Source: Naegleria gruberi (lineage: Eukaryota). Taken from it: a DNA stretch of 64,000 nucleotides. The stretch lies in NCBI GenBank assembly GCA_000004985.1, contig GG738916.1. One strand, given 5' to 3'. How positions within the stretch are numbered: position 1 is the first letter of the stretch; each line of letters begins with the position of its first letter. This document shows positions 53,497 through 64,000 of the stretch, piece after piece. The notes below the pieces were generated by a model, which was not told the DNA's origin, did not search any database, and saw only the letters and a program-made list of their open reading frames with translations. A program made the translations under genes and the position numbers.

Positions 53497-54781
53497 TTAT
53501 TGTTGAGGAATTGATGGAAAATATTGATCAACTAAATGCTTTGAAAGTAATTGGTCAACCATTTCACATGGAATCAATTCTGGATAGTAAACTCCCATTA
53601 TACATCCAGTAATAGCTCCATATGTATCAGCATCTGCTCCAGTTAATACTGAAAATATGACAGATTCGAAACCTCTTGGTTGATCCTCAAATACCCATGA
53701 AGGTAATTGAGGAGGACATTCAACTTTTCTATCAAAGTTTACCGAATCAACTTTAGCAGAGTGATAAAGACACCATAAAGCAATCTTTAAACTCAAAACA
53801 CTCCATCCTGAAATATTCTTGTAATTGAAATTGTATGGATTAAATGTTTCGAACTCTTTCAAGTTTCCTAAAACTTTCTTTTCTTCCATTTCTAATGCCT
53901 TCTTTCCACCATTATTCTTAATCCATTCCAAAATTATAGGATGAACCTTCTTTTCATTACATAATTGTTTAAAATTGAACCATTCACCTGTCTTTCCACA
54001 TAAAATATTAGTAACAGTTTCAGTAGTAATAATTTCTAATGGTTTTTGATTTCTATACGATTCCAAAGCTCTATGAATTACAATTGAATGAACAATACAT
54101 GGAAGAATTGCCTCAAATGTATAATGAGTAATAATAGAATGTAATATAGTCCATTCCAATATCTGTGAAATGTCACTACTCAATAATGGAATAACTCCAT
54201 TTCTCATGAGAGCTCCATTTGAAGGTGGAGATTGATTTTCATTAAACAATTCCAAAGATCCACAACTCCAATAATTTTCCTTACTTTGTGAATGAGCTCT
54301 TTTAGCATATAAAAGTGATTTTCTTGTTGTAAAACCAACATCCTTTGGTTCCTTATTGAGCCATTCTAAAAATTTATCACAAACATGTTCTGGATTGAAT
54401 TGAGAATTACACTCGTGAAAACTTTGTAAAATTGCCAAGGCCATCTGATGGTAATTTTGTAAATATTTCAATAATTATTACAATAAATTTACAATAACAT
54501 ACATCACTATCATCTGTTGATTCACCCTTCTTCCAAGTTAAATTAGCACACAATTCAAATGGCCATCCAGCTTTTTCACTCTTAATTAAATTTTGAACTT
54601 GATTTGGATGTTTGAATTCACTTGTGGATCCCAAACAATCTCCGATAATTAGTCCGAAAATGGTTGATTTTTTAATATCGGACAAGTTGGAAGAGAAATT
54701 GTAATAGTTTATCAATGGGATAGATGAGTCAGAGGAGGATGGAAAGAGCTTGCGAGTAGTGGTACTTGGATGTTGAGACAT
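53497..54781 (-). CDS. ADP-ribosylglycohydrolase (ARH) family protein. It has two exons: exon 1 is 54781..54503, a 58-nt intron lies at 54502..54445 (GTATGT...ATCAG), exon 2 is 54444..53497.
   Basis: Exon 1 encodes ...IFGLIIGDCLGSTSEF...GESTDDSD. Exon 2 begins MALAILQSFHEC... and contains the C-terminal VLTGADADTYGAITGCIMGVYY block. These are the GxxxGDAxG, GxxTDDT and DxDT motifs of the ARH fold. The splice junction restores the colinear TDDSD-MALA sequence. Confidence 0.75.
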
Positions 54782-54907
54782 TTTTTTTTATGAAATTTTT
54801 ATTGTTGTAAAATTCTTCTTTTTTTGTAACGTGACGATATCAAGTTCACAGTTCATTGATGTAAATTGTAAACTTCAATAATAATAATAAATCTTTCTGT
54901 AAATAGT

Positions 54908-56370
54908 TTATTCAACTGTTGATGTTTCTTTTTGATACATTGTCCAAAATCTATTCAAAACCCTTTTGATAATTTCCATTTTTGGTTTTACAACAGTGGA
55001 AATTGACAATGATACAGAATCTTGAAATTTTCTAATTCTATCATTTTCATTTGCTTCCTTTTCTTCAGTTACTGAATAGATTACAATTCCAATAACAAGA
55101 ATCACCAATGAAACAACATCAAACATACTCAATTGAGATTCCAATGCTTCTCCTGCAATGAATTTCAATAAAAAGAAGAGATTTGAAAGAGCTAATCTGG
55201 AAACAGCTGCAATGACAGCTAGTGTTGAACTTCCATATTGGAAAACATATAACTTTCCAAAATTAGAAAATTCCAAATATGTAAAACTTACTTCTAAGGT
55301 TGCGTAGGTAAAATTAAAGAATATATCTGCCCAGAAAACAAGTGGAAATGATTCACATCTATCAGGTGATGATCCACCAACAATTGAATTAATTCCAACA
55401 CTACATTTAATCCCATTCCAAATATAGGTATTTAAATCAGACCATGAAATTGAAACTGTTTGTGGAATTGGTACAAAAACAAATACAGATGTAATAATAC
55501 CAAATAAAACTTGCCAAACTGAAACCCAATAATTAACTAACCATACATCCAATTTTTCCTTTTTTAAACATTTTTCCTTATATACATTACTTGCTGCTTG
55601 TGGAATATTGGAACAAAATAAAAGTAAAATCCACAACCAATCCATAGATGATGATGAAGCAATACTAGATGCATCTTCCTGTGCAAAAACTGGATATAAA
55701 TTAATTATCAAACCACATAAAACAAGTAAAACTCCTGAAAAGTGAAAAGTATTGTAACGAGTGTGGAGGAATGTGAAACTCATGATAATGTTAATGAGAA
55801 TTACGGATTGACTGAGCATGGTATTGAGACTACCACTGACATAGGCTGCTGGAATGGTTTGGAGTGTGTTTGTGGCATTATCTAGGAAGGCCATGATTAC
55901 ATACTTAATTTGGGAAGTACTATTTTTGGAAATAGTTGTAAAAATTAATAGTTTGAATTTGATACATACTCTCATTTTTTTTGTAATTTTACCTCTCCAT
56001 ATTTGAAATACAACAATTGGAGCCAAAATTACAACATACACAACATTTACCAAATTTGTCAACATGTAACTGTTACTAATTCTACCAAATATGTTACATC
56101 TTTCACTACTTACATGTAATTTTGAATTTCATATGTTAATCTCACATATAAAACAGTATCACAACTTCTAGCAATGACCATAATACATGTCAATGCATAA
56201 ACAATTAGAAATCTCCACCATTTAGATTTCTTACTTGGCAAATTAACATCTTTTTGTGCTTCATCACTGCTTGTTTGCATGTTATCTTGATTATCAATAT
56301 TGTCATCATCTTGAATTGAAGTGTTAATTGAGAAATCCTTTGCTAAAAGTGCAGTTTCTTCTTGAGCCAT
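54908..56370 (-). CDS. CRT-like (chloroquine-resistance-transporter-like, drug/metabolite transporter superfamily) membrane transporter. Exon 1 is 56370..56114, a 38-nt intron lies at 56113..56076, exon 2 is 56075..54908.
   Basis: The total length is about 470 aa with about 10 TM segments. IMAFLDNATNTLQTIPAAYVSGSLNTMLSQSVILINIIMSFTFLHTRY aligns to the PfCRT core ([50 protein letters not shown]). C-terminal blocks are also colinear. Confidence 0.7.
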
Positions 56371-57031
56371 TTTTTATGTGTTTTGTTTTGATAAACTGTT
56401 GAAAATGGAGCAGTGAAATAGTTCTACGACGGAGTTGGAGTGAGAATAAGAAGGATATGTGTGTGAAATTGGTAGAATAAAGTGCATTTTCGAATTGGAG
56501 GAAGGAAAATCACCGAGAATCAAGTGCAAATACCATTATCTATTCTCATGGATATGGAAACAAGTATTATTCAGAACATGAATTCCATACCAAGATACTC
56601 AATATGATTCAATTGCATTTTAAGGAAAATAAGGTAAACTGTAAAATTCTTTCCTTAACAACAATCATTATTCGAAAATGACTAGTAGAATTACCATATA
56701 TTACAAGGAAAGAGATAAACTTAAGATGCAATCAAACTTAGTATGTGTTTAGAAATTACTATATATGAATTGGCGCCAAATTTTCCCGTTCACTATCCCA
56801 TCAAAAAAAATACAACAACGATATTTTAATGTTTGTTGACTTGTTCCGAGCATGAAAATTTTCATTGGAACCAACATCAAAGCCTATAAATCAATACATG
56901 TTCGGAAGAGATGATGGAAATATTAACCTGAGAGGGGTTCTATCAACAACTATCAACAACTTACTAAAACATCAACAACTTTATAATTGCTTCATAATAA
57001 CAAAAGCAAAAAGAATTCAATTAATATATAT

Positions 57032-59682
57032 ATGACTAGAGTATCACCCTATATTGTCGATCATCAACAAGAACAACCGAATGCTGAAAAGAATGATGAT
57101 GGTGGTGTTGGAGCAGCACAATTATTTTCTGATACCGCCGATAATGCTTCTTCACTAATGAGTAGTAGTGAATATTCGACAACTCATAAAAGTGTTTCCT
57201 TCTTTACTTCTATTAAATTTTGTTTAATATTGGCAAAGTTTATGGTTGTCTTGTTGAGTGTATCAACATTGTCTATTATTTGGATTAGTAGTTTTGCACC
57301 AACTGTTTCAGAATTAAGTAGTAAAGTGAGAGATTCTGAAATTAATGTAATTATTAAGAATACTGTCAATACATTGAGTGAGATTGCTCATGTTGGAAAG
57401 ATAATGAGACAACAAGTTTTAAGTTATGGATATGGAATATCAGATTATTCAAAGGTTGAAGTTAGTATGTATGGAAATTATAAGGTAAGACTTGTTGTTG
57501 TTTTTAATTGTCAATTAATTGTCATTTATTGTAAACAACTAACATGTCATCATCATGAAACAACTTACATGTATAGACCTCTCAAGAATTATATGGTGGT
57601 GTAACTATTGCTAGTTATATTGGAGATCCATATAATAATTGTTTTGGAACAATGACATGGACATCTACTGCATCAGGAGCTGCCACATTTAACATTACAC
57701 CAACTGATTTTCAAATCTTTTATTGTGCTAGTATGTCAGATAATGAAAGATGTATTAGAGATTCAACTCCAAATGAGGTGTTAGGATTCTATGATATGAA
57801 AATACTTATTGAATCATGTAATAATTATCCAAATGATGTGGTATTTACACCTAGTTTTGCTGATCCTATACTTCCTCAATATACTTGGGTCAGTATGCTT
57901 TCATGTGTACCAAGAACAACACCTGATGCATATGGAAATAAGTTTTCTCTCTATTATGGAATGGATTTGACAATTACTTCCATTTCTGATTTTTTGAAGA
58001 ATAAGACTAGATCAATATATGGAGCTAGAGGATTCTTTATAGAAACCAAGTCAAGTTACCTAATTGCAGTTGATAGTGATATTCCCACATCTAAATCTCT
58101 ATCAGATGGAACTATTCAAAGATTTACCATTTACACAATTGATGATAAGGAAGTAGTCATGTTTTCACAAACTATTCTCTCATCAATTGGATCATTAACA
58201 ACATTAACATGTAACTCTCTCAATATTATATCAGATTCATCTCATTACATTCTTTCATATAGACTTTGTACAGATACTCATATTGATTGGGTTTTAGTTT
58301 ATGTTGTTCCTCAATGGAATTACATTTCTTCTACAATTATTGCTGTCATTATTGCCATGATTGGTAGTATTTTAATTATTTGTATTGGTATCATTGTTGC
58401 TACATTTGTTTCTCTCAAGATTGTTAAACCATTTTATAGTTTAATTTGAAAGTGTAGCGAATATGAATTTGGATGAAATGTCAATAAGAGAATCTGGTTT
58501 CTCTGAAGTTAAACAACTTCAAAAACAGTTCATTTTCATGGTTAATCGTATCAAGTTATACAAGTCATTCATACCTTCACATTTGTTATCTGAAATTGAG
58601 AATAATTCTGCAGAAAATTTACCAATGATGGTAAGAGATGACAAGACAGCAAGTCTAGCAGAAGAATCAACACAAGTGGGAGAAGAACAATCCTCTATTA
58701 CAGGTTCAAGATTTTCACATGATGATAGCCATAGACAGAGTTTTAAGAAAATCAAAAGAAGAATGGAAAATATCAATAGATTTGCATTATATCTTGAAAC
58801 TAAATCTGTAACACTATTAATGACCAAACTAAGAGGATTGAATGAGTGGGTTGAACATCTTCTACCAAGTGAAACTGTCATATTATTAACTGATGTTTTT
58901 GATATCATGAATGGCATTTCTAGACTTGCTAGAGGTGCTCATTTGAGTCTTTTTGAAAATGATTCAATCATGTTGAGTTTTAATGCAGTTGGTCAAGAAG
59001 AATCAAATCATCAAGAGAAGGCACTTAATGCTTCTAGAATGCTCGTTGAAAAACTTTCAAATGTAAAGTCTACAAAATGGAGGAATCATCAACTTTTGAG
59101 TAAGAGACCAAAACTTGCAGATGCACTCAAATTCAATTTTGCCATCACTACACAAGAGAGTGTATGTGGTAATATTGGAACCAAAGATTCAAAATACTTT
59201 ACAATTATGGGAAGTGGAAAGAATAATTTGGAAAACATGTTACACTCTTCTAGCTCATTAGATGTTCAAATAGTTTGTTCAGATAATGTTAAATTAGTTT
59301 GTGAAAATAGTTTCATGATGAGATTACTCTTTCCATTCACTTTCTTAAATGATAGCTCACTATCTAATAGACAAGATGAATCAATCACAAGAAATGGATA
59401 TGTCTATCAAGTAGGTTCAGCACTTGCCACCTCCAATGATGATGAATGGATGTAAGTAACTTAAATTTAAATCAAAACTAACTCATTTTAAACAATAGGT
59501 ATGAACTTGAAGATCAACAAAAGAAGAATATTTGGAATTTATATAATGAAGGAGCACAACTCTTCCAACAACAAGCATATGAGAGTGCATTGGAAAAGTT
59601 TGAAAAGTTCAGTAATGAAAATCCAAATGATAAAGCTGTTCGACACATGATTTCCCTTTGTAGCATTCCATCAACCAAATGA
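57032..59682 (+). CDS. Receptor-type protein with a divergent class III nucleotidyl-cyclase-like (CHD) domain. The domain order is TM1, an about 300-aa extracellular Cys-containing sensor domain, TM2, a cytoplasmic cyclase-like domain, and a short helical C-terminal exon. Exons are 57032..57484, 57577..58449 (there is probably a 1-nt insertion artefact at about 58446, and the frame continues at 58450..59451), and 59499..59682. Introns are 57485..57576 and 59452..59498.
   Basis: The TMs are FCLILAKFMVVLLSVSTLSIIWI and STIIAVIIAMIGSILIICIGIIVATFVSL. The cytoplasmic region VILLTDVFDIMNGISRLA...LSLFENDSIMLSFNAVG...NASRMLVEKL...KFNFAITTQESVCGNIGTKDSKYFTIMGSGKNNLENM is colinear with the CHD motifs (FADIVGFT...KTIGDAYM...RIGIHTGPVVAGVIG..YDVWGDTVNLASRM). 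The two listed ORFs are separated only by an out-of-frame TGA; removing one T in the ATTT run fuses them. Confidence 0.5.
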
Positions 59683-59706
59683 ATCAGAGTTCTATAACAC
59701 ACTTGT

Positions 59707-60462
59707 TTACTTCTTTTTTTTAGAAGGAGGATCATCATCTGAAGAAGAAGGAGGTGGTGCTATTGTTGTTGGAACTACCAATACCTTTCCTTTTCTCAAT
59801 CTCTTCAATTGAGAGGGAAGTCCTGGCATTACTTGCTCTGAAAAAGCAACACAATGATTCTGTTCAACATGTGTTTTGAGTTCATTCATGCTAAATACCT
59901 CATAAACATTTTCCTTACAAACTTTACAATATTTAACATTTGGAGAGACAACTTTAAAGGCATTTGATTTAAGTGGACATTCATATTCCCATTCACAATT
60001 CTCAATGAATTGACTATCCTTATCAATTCTAAACACCTTATCAATGGATGTATTGATCACTCTCTCTTTCAAAAGTGGTAATTCATTTGGAAATTTGTTT
60101 TGCAAGTGAGTCACTCTTCTTCTCATGACATGCATCCAATTCTTTATATTCAAAGTTTGTGAATAATTTGGAAAATAATGGAGAACGATAGGTTTCCAAA
60201 TGACTTGTTGAACAACATTACACGATTCATCCTTCTTATAATTATCCTTGATAGCAATCAATTGAGCATCAATATTCTTCTTACTCAAATCTTTCTTTCT
60301 CTTTGCAATGGCTTCAACTTTTTCCACTGTCAAGTTGAAGAATACTTCCAACATGTTTTTATCACATCTTGCAAAGTTGTTCAAATCTCCAAGTGGAAGA
60401 AAAGCACCAACTGCAATGAGCATATCCTTGTTCAAAGAGGTTCCGTTCAGTGTGGATGCCAT
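59707..60462 (-). CDS. Hypothetical protein (251 aa) with a weak F-box-like N-terminal motif, a Cys-containing central region and a Pro/Ser/Asp/Lys-rich tail.
   Basis: It is an intact ORF. MLIAVGAFLPLGDLNNFARCDKNM is F-box-like. ...CPLKSNAFKVVSPNVKYCKVCKENV may be a zinc-ribbon-like element. There is no confident family assignment. Confidence 0.35.
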   Translation of the reverse strand: MASTLNGTSLNKDMLIAVGAFLPLGDLNNFARCDKNMLEVFFNLTVEKVEAIAKRKKDLSKKNIDAQLIAIKDNYKKDESCNVVQQVIWKPIVLHYFPNYSQTLNIKNWMHVMRRRVTHLQNKFPNELPLLKERVINTSIDKVFRIDKDSQFIENCEWEYECPLKSNAFKVVSPNVKYCKVCKENVYEVFSMNELKTHVEQNHCVAFSEQVMPGLPSQLKRLRKGKVLVVPTTIAPPPSSSDDDPPSKKKK

Positions 60463-60596
60463 TTTTTTGGATTTTGGATTTTTAGTGTCATGCTAAATTT
60501 CAAATCTTACAATTATGGCATGTATTAATTGGGCATGTAACCCCTCATCTTGTTAAAATAATCCTTTTTATTAAGAAAATAAATTCTCATTCATTC

Positions 60597-62288
60597 TCAT
60601 TCCACCAATGAAGCAATAAAATCATTTTGATCCACTAATCGTTGTTGTAAATCTAATAAATCTTGTAAACATAAAGTTTCAACATTTTCAAATAATTCAA
60701 TTGGAATATTTGTTTCATCTTTTTCAATAATATTTAATAAATCTCTTCTCATAACATTTATATTTGGTAAATTTAATTCCAATGGAGCAGATAGACTAAT
60801 ATAGGAATCAATCATTTTCAAAGCCTTTTCTTTTCTATCCTTTTTAGGTAATTTTTTAAATTTTTGAATATCAGTCCAACATAATACTGGTTCAGGTGTA
60901 TAACTTCTACGTGCAAAATCTAGAAATATTGAATATGTTTTTGGATCTTTAAGTAATATTTCAGTTGTACTAAATGAAGTAATATTTCTATTTTTACTAT
61001 TTATAGAAAATAATCCACCATTTCTAATAAAATCCAATCTAATATCATAACATACAGGTAATACAACACATACAAATATTTCAAATACACTTCCTGCTAA
61101 TAAAACTAATAAGTAAGGTACAAAATAATCAACTAATTCAGCAATTATAGGAATACTTCCCAAAACAATAAATAAAATTACTAAAAATGGTTGAACAATA
61201 ACATGTACAAGTGTTTCCTTTTTAATATTCCATGTATCTCTATCTGATCTAATACATAATACTAATGTAATCCATTCAACTATATAATAAACTAATGCTT
61301 CTGCTATAATTATACCAAACATGGCACTAGATCCAATACATCCATATGAGAATTGAAAAAATCCAGGAATTACAAAGAAATGAGGTTCATTTTCATTTTT
61401 AGTATTGGAATGAATAATTTCATCAATTCCACCTAAAATTATCCAAAATAGAATTTGACTAAGAAAACATAAAAAATAGGCTGAAATTACAAATGTATGA
61501 CTTGTCATGAATTGATAAAATTTAAATATTCTCCATTCTTTTTTTGTTATTAATCTCTTTTCTATATTATTTTCATTATTTTCATTATTTAATTCTATAT
61601 TAGTATTTTCATTATTATTTTCATTGATATTTAATTCTATATTATTTTCATCATTTAATTCTATAGAATTAGAAATATGAATACTATTATTTAATTCAAT
61701 TTCTTTTATATTATTTTTTAATTCCATATTAGTAAGTGATATTCCATTTTTAGAATTAATAATTAAATAATTATCATTATATATTCTAGTTTTAAATAAA
61801 TTTAATTTATAACTAAAATATAATTTTAAACATCTACAAGTGACAGGTAAACTAGTTAATGGACCAGCAACAAAGAAACTCAAAGTATATAAACTACATG
61901 GAAATACCTTTCTTCCAATAATTATTCGAAGTGAAAATATGACAACAAAAAAACAAGATGAAAGCATTGTTAAAAACATGTGTGAAATACTTCTAGCTTG
62001 AATATTACCTGATTTACGTTTCCAAATAATTGAAATTGATGTGAAAAATAATAAAAAAAGATAAAATATTAGAAAGGCTAACATTAATGCGAATGATACA
62101 TTAGTATCGGGACACATTTGATTTTCAATACTGGGATTTAATTCTCTACTTAGACCTATTGTAAATAATATTGGATGACAATAAGTTGTTGTCGTGTTAT
62201 TAGTAGTGGAATTAGTAGAATTACTATTCGAAAGTGCAATAATATTACTATTCGAAAGTAGTTGTTGTGCGATAGTTTCCAGCATCAT
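60597..62288 (-). CDS. Seven-transmembrane receptor-like protein with a C-terminal RGS (regulator of G-protein signalling) domain; the 7TM-RGS architecture is as in plant RGS1. It has a long Asn/Glu-rich cytoplasmic loop.
   Basis: There are multiple TM segments in the first 450 aa. The C-terminal RGS box is SFSTTEILLKDPKTYSIFLDFARRSYTPEPVLCWTDIQKFKK...KALKMIDSYISLSAPLELNLPNINVMRRDLL...LFENVETLCLQDLLDLQQRL. Confidence 0.55.
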   Translation of the reverse strand: MMLETIAQQLLSNSNIIALSNSNSTNSTTNNTTTTYCHPILFTIGLSRELNPSIENQMCPDTNVSFALMLAFLIFYLFLLFFTSISIIWKRKSGNIQARSISHMFLTMLSSCFFVVIFSLRIIIGRKVFPCSLYTLSFFVAGPLTSLPVTCRCLKLYFSYKLNLFKTRIYNDNYLIINSKNGISLTNMELKNNIKEIELNNSIHISNSIELNDENNIELNINENNNENTNIELNNENNENNIEKRLITKKEWRIFKFYQFMTSHTFVISAYFLCFLSQILFWIILGGIDEIIHSNTKNENEPHFFVIPGFFQFSYGCIGSSAMFGIIIAEALVYYIVEWITLVLCIRSDRDTWNIKKETLVHVIVQPFLVILFIVLGSIPIIAELVDYFVPYLLVLLAGSVFEIFVCVVLPVCYDIRLDFIRNGGLFSINSKNRNITSFSTTEILLKDPKTYSIFLDFARRSYTPEPVLCWTDIQKFKKLPKKDRKEKALKMIDSYISLSAPLELNLPNINVMRRDLLNIIEKDETNIPIELFENVETLCLQDLLDLQQRLVDQNDFIASLVE

Positions 62289-62829
62289 TTCTTGTTGATG
62301 ATGAAGTTGTGATTGTGTGATGTTTTTTTAAAGTGGAAACAGTCAACACAGATGATTATGATATTTCTCCACAACAATATGGAAATGCAACTGTTACAAG
62401 AGAGAATCTCAACTAGAATTGGCAGAGCCTTTTAAAGAAAAATTATGGCGCCAAATAATGATTTTGGTTTGTTCGAAAAATATTGTATCGCATTGTATCA
62501 AGGCTAATGATGATGGTGATGGTGTTAAATAGATATCATTTCTAAATAGATGTCAGGGAATTTTGCATCTCATCATTGAAACTTTCCATATCATTCAAAA
62601 TGGAAATTTGTAATATTCGGATATGATTATTTAATACCCGAAATCCGAAACACCTTCCATTTAAATTTCTATAAATCGAATGAAATCCAATTTCATTAAA
62701 GCCTTAACACTTCTCATTGACCAATGTAATATAAATAATAATTAAATTAAATGATAATTAATATAAAATGAATTTAAATAAATAATAATAAATAAATAAT
62801 ATAAATGAATTTTTGAATAAATTTAAAAT

Positions 62830-63864
62830 TTAATGAATACCAAATACAGAATGTAAAACCAATGACATGAGAGTAAGTGAAAAAGCAGATAAACAATGAG
62901 CTTCATATCCTTGATAAAGTGCTAATACACCTTCTTCTCTAATAATTTTTTTAGCACATTGAATTGTATTTGTAAATTTTCTATCTTCAGATTTTTTACA
63001 TGCTTGTAATTGTAATCTTCTACTAATAGTATCTAATGGATAAGCTAATGCAGATGCACTAGCAATACATAATTGTGCTAATATAATTTCAGATATTACA
63101 ATACTCCATTGTGACATGTTGTCAAAATAGAGTGATGGACGAATATTTCTCAATATTTGATAAATTAATGAAAATGATTTTCTATAAATTAAACCACCTA
63201 ATATATAAGTAATAAATCCATGATAATGTGATACTAATCCACTTTCATTACTTCTCTTAATAAAGTAATCAATTACACCTGAATATTGTTTTTCATTATT
63301 ATGAATATTATTATTACCATCATTCTTATTCTTATTATTATTATTATTAGCACCACCATAATTTAAATGATGAACATGTTCATCTACCAATAATATTGTT
63401 TTACATTGTTCTAATGGATAGGAAATGATTGAATTAATAATTGAGGCTAAAAGTGGAGAGTTTGAAATATTGGTAAATACAAATCTAGACACTGGAATGG
63501 TTGAATAATGAACCAATAAAACACTTGCTAATTGTGCTGAAAAACCTTTCCATAAACTGAGAATACCTTCTTGTTTAATTATTTTAATTCCACAATCTAT
63601 TACATTACTACTATTACTGGTATTATTATTATTAGTATTATTAGTATTATTGGATGATGATGATTTTAATGATGATGGATCGGAAAGGCTTTGTTTAGTA
63701 GTATTGGTAGTAGTTTTAATATCATTTTGTGTTTGAAGGATAATTCTAATTCTATTGAATGGTGATGATATGATGGCACGTGAGATGGGACTAACAAGTC
63801 CAATTAATTGTTCACTTAGAATGGCTGATGCTGATAATGTAAATGTTGTTGACATTTTTTTCAA
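62830..63864 (-). CDS. Mitochondrial carrier family (SLC25) protein with Asn- and Thr-rich low-complexity inserts.
   Basis: The carrier signature PLDTISRRLQLQ (PxD/ExxK/RxR/KxQ) is present. The tripartite repeat organisation is YSGVIDYFIKRSNESG...; ...FTNTIQCAKKIIREEGVLALYQGYEAHCLSA. There are six hydrophobic helices. Confidence 0.7.
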   Translation of the reverse strand: MKKMSTTFTLSASAILSEQLIGLVSPISRAIISSPFNRIRIILQTQNDIKTTTNTTKQSLSDPSSLKSSSSNNTNNTNNNNTSNSSNVIDCGIKIIKQEGILSLWKGFSAQLASVLLVHYSTIPVSRFVFTNISNSPLLASIINSIISYPLEQCKTILLVDEHVHHLNYGGANNNNNKNKNDGNNNIHNNEKQYSGVIDYFIKRSNESGLVSHYHGFITYILGGLIYRKSFSLIYQILRNIRPSLYFDNMSQWSIVISEIILAQLCIASASALAYPLDTISRRLQLQACKKSEDRKFTNTIQCAKKIIREEGVLALYQGYEAHCLSAFSLTLMSLVLHSVFGIH

Positions 63865-64000
63865 TCAATTTCAATTATAAAAAGTTGCACAAAGCCTTCA
63901 ATTTTATTATTCACAAGCCTTGATGTTGTTCGTGATGATATGGTTTAATCATCTAAATAACTTATGTTGAACAATAATGGAGAATGGAAGTCCGTATCAT

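Noticed and set aside
59514-59738. 74-aa minus-strand ORF overlapping the 3' exon of the cyclase-like gene
   Set aside because: The plus-strand reading is supported by a clean GT..AG splice and a conserved-looking helical exon. The minus ORF is low-complexity.

Overview
This 64-kb window is AT-rich nuclear DNA from a eukaryote, probably an amoebozoan (dictyostelid-like); the genus cannot be named from the sequence. Supporting signs are spliceosomal GT..AG introns of two size classes (about 38-86 nt and about 145 nt), poly-Asn, poly-Ser and poly-Thr tracts, AAAATG start contexts, and a Pol-III-type tRNA and 5S gene. Prokaryotic feature classes (operons, RBS, CRISPR) do not apply. The runs of n are assembly gaps. 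Recognisable conserved genes are a Rab-like GTPase fragment, a calpain-like protease, cofilin/ADF, an ARF-family GTPase, Paf1, TRAP-gamma (SSR3), CCT-epsilon (CCT5), an ADP-ribosylglycohydrolase, a CRT-like transporter, a receptor-type cyclase-like gene, a 7TM protein with a C-terminal RGS domain, a mitochondrial carrier, tRNA-Asp(GUC) and a dispersed 5S rRNA gene. The bulk of the window is an accessory-looking cluster of lineage-specific, recently duplicated surface and membrane gene families. (i) Three near-identical copies of an F-box-like/LRR gene are present; two of them are paired head-to-head, across a shared intergenic region, with copies of a giant type I surface protein (signal peptide, NHL beta-propeller, a GPS/GAIN-like motif, about 45-50 tenascin-type EGF repeats, a Gly-rich amphipathic juxtamembrane domain, a TM anchor). 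These two pairs sit on large inverted duplicated arms, and the second surface-protein copy sits in tandem with the first. The duplicated copies are homogenised over several kb but diverge in their C-terminal tails. (ii) A second, more distant NHL/EGF gene carries an internal near-identical tandem repeat array. (iii) There are six paralogous tetraspan membrane proteins with poly-Cys tails, interleaved with F-box/LRR genes. (iv) A tandem pair of large type I membrane proteins is also present. Several 1-nt frame disruptions occur in otherwise conserved genes (CCT5 C-terminus, SSR3 exon 1, cyclase-like gene, EGF repeat units, one type I paralogue). Given the gaps, these most likely reflect draft-assembly indel errors, although pseudogenisation cannot be excluded for the paralogues. 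The most interesting candidate is the F-box/LRR plus NHL-EGF-GPS surface-protein module as a possible polymorphic cell-cell recognition or adhesion locus.
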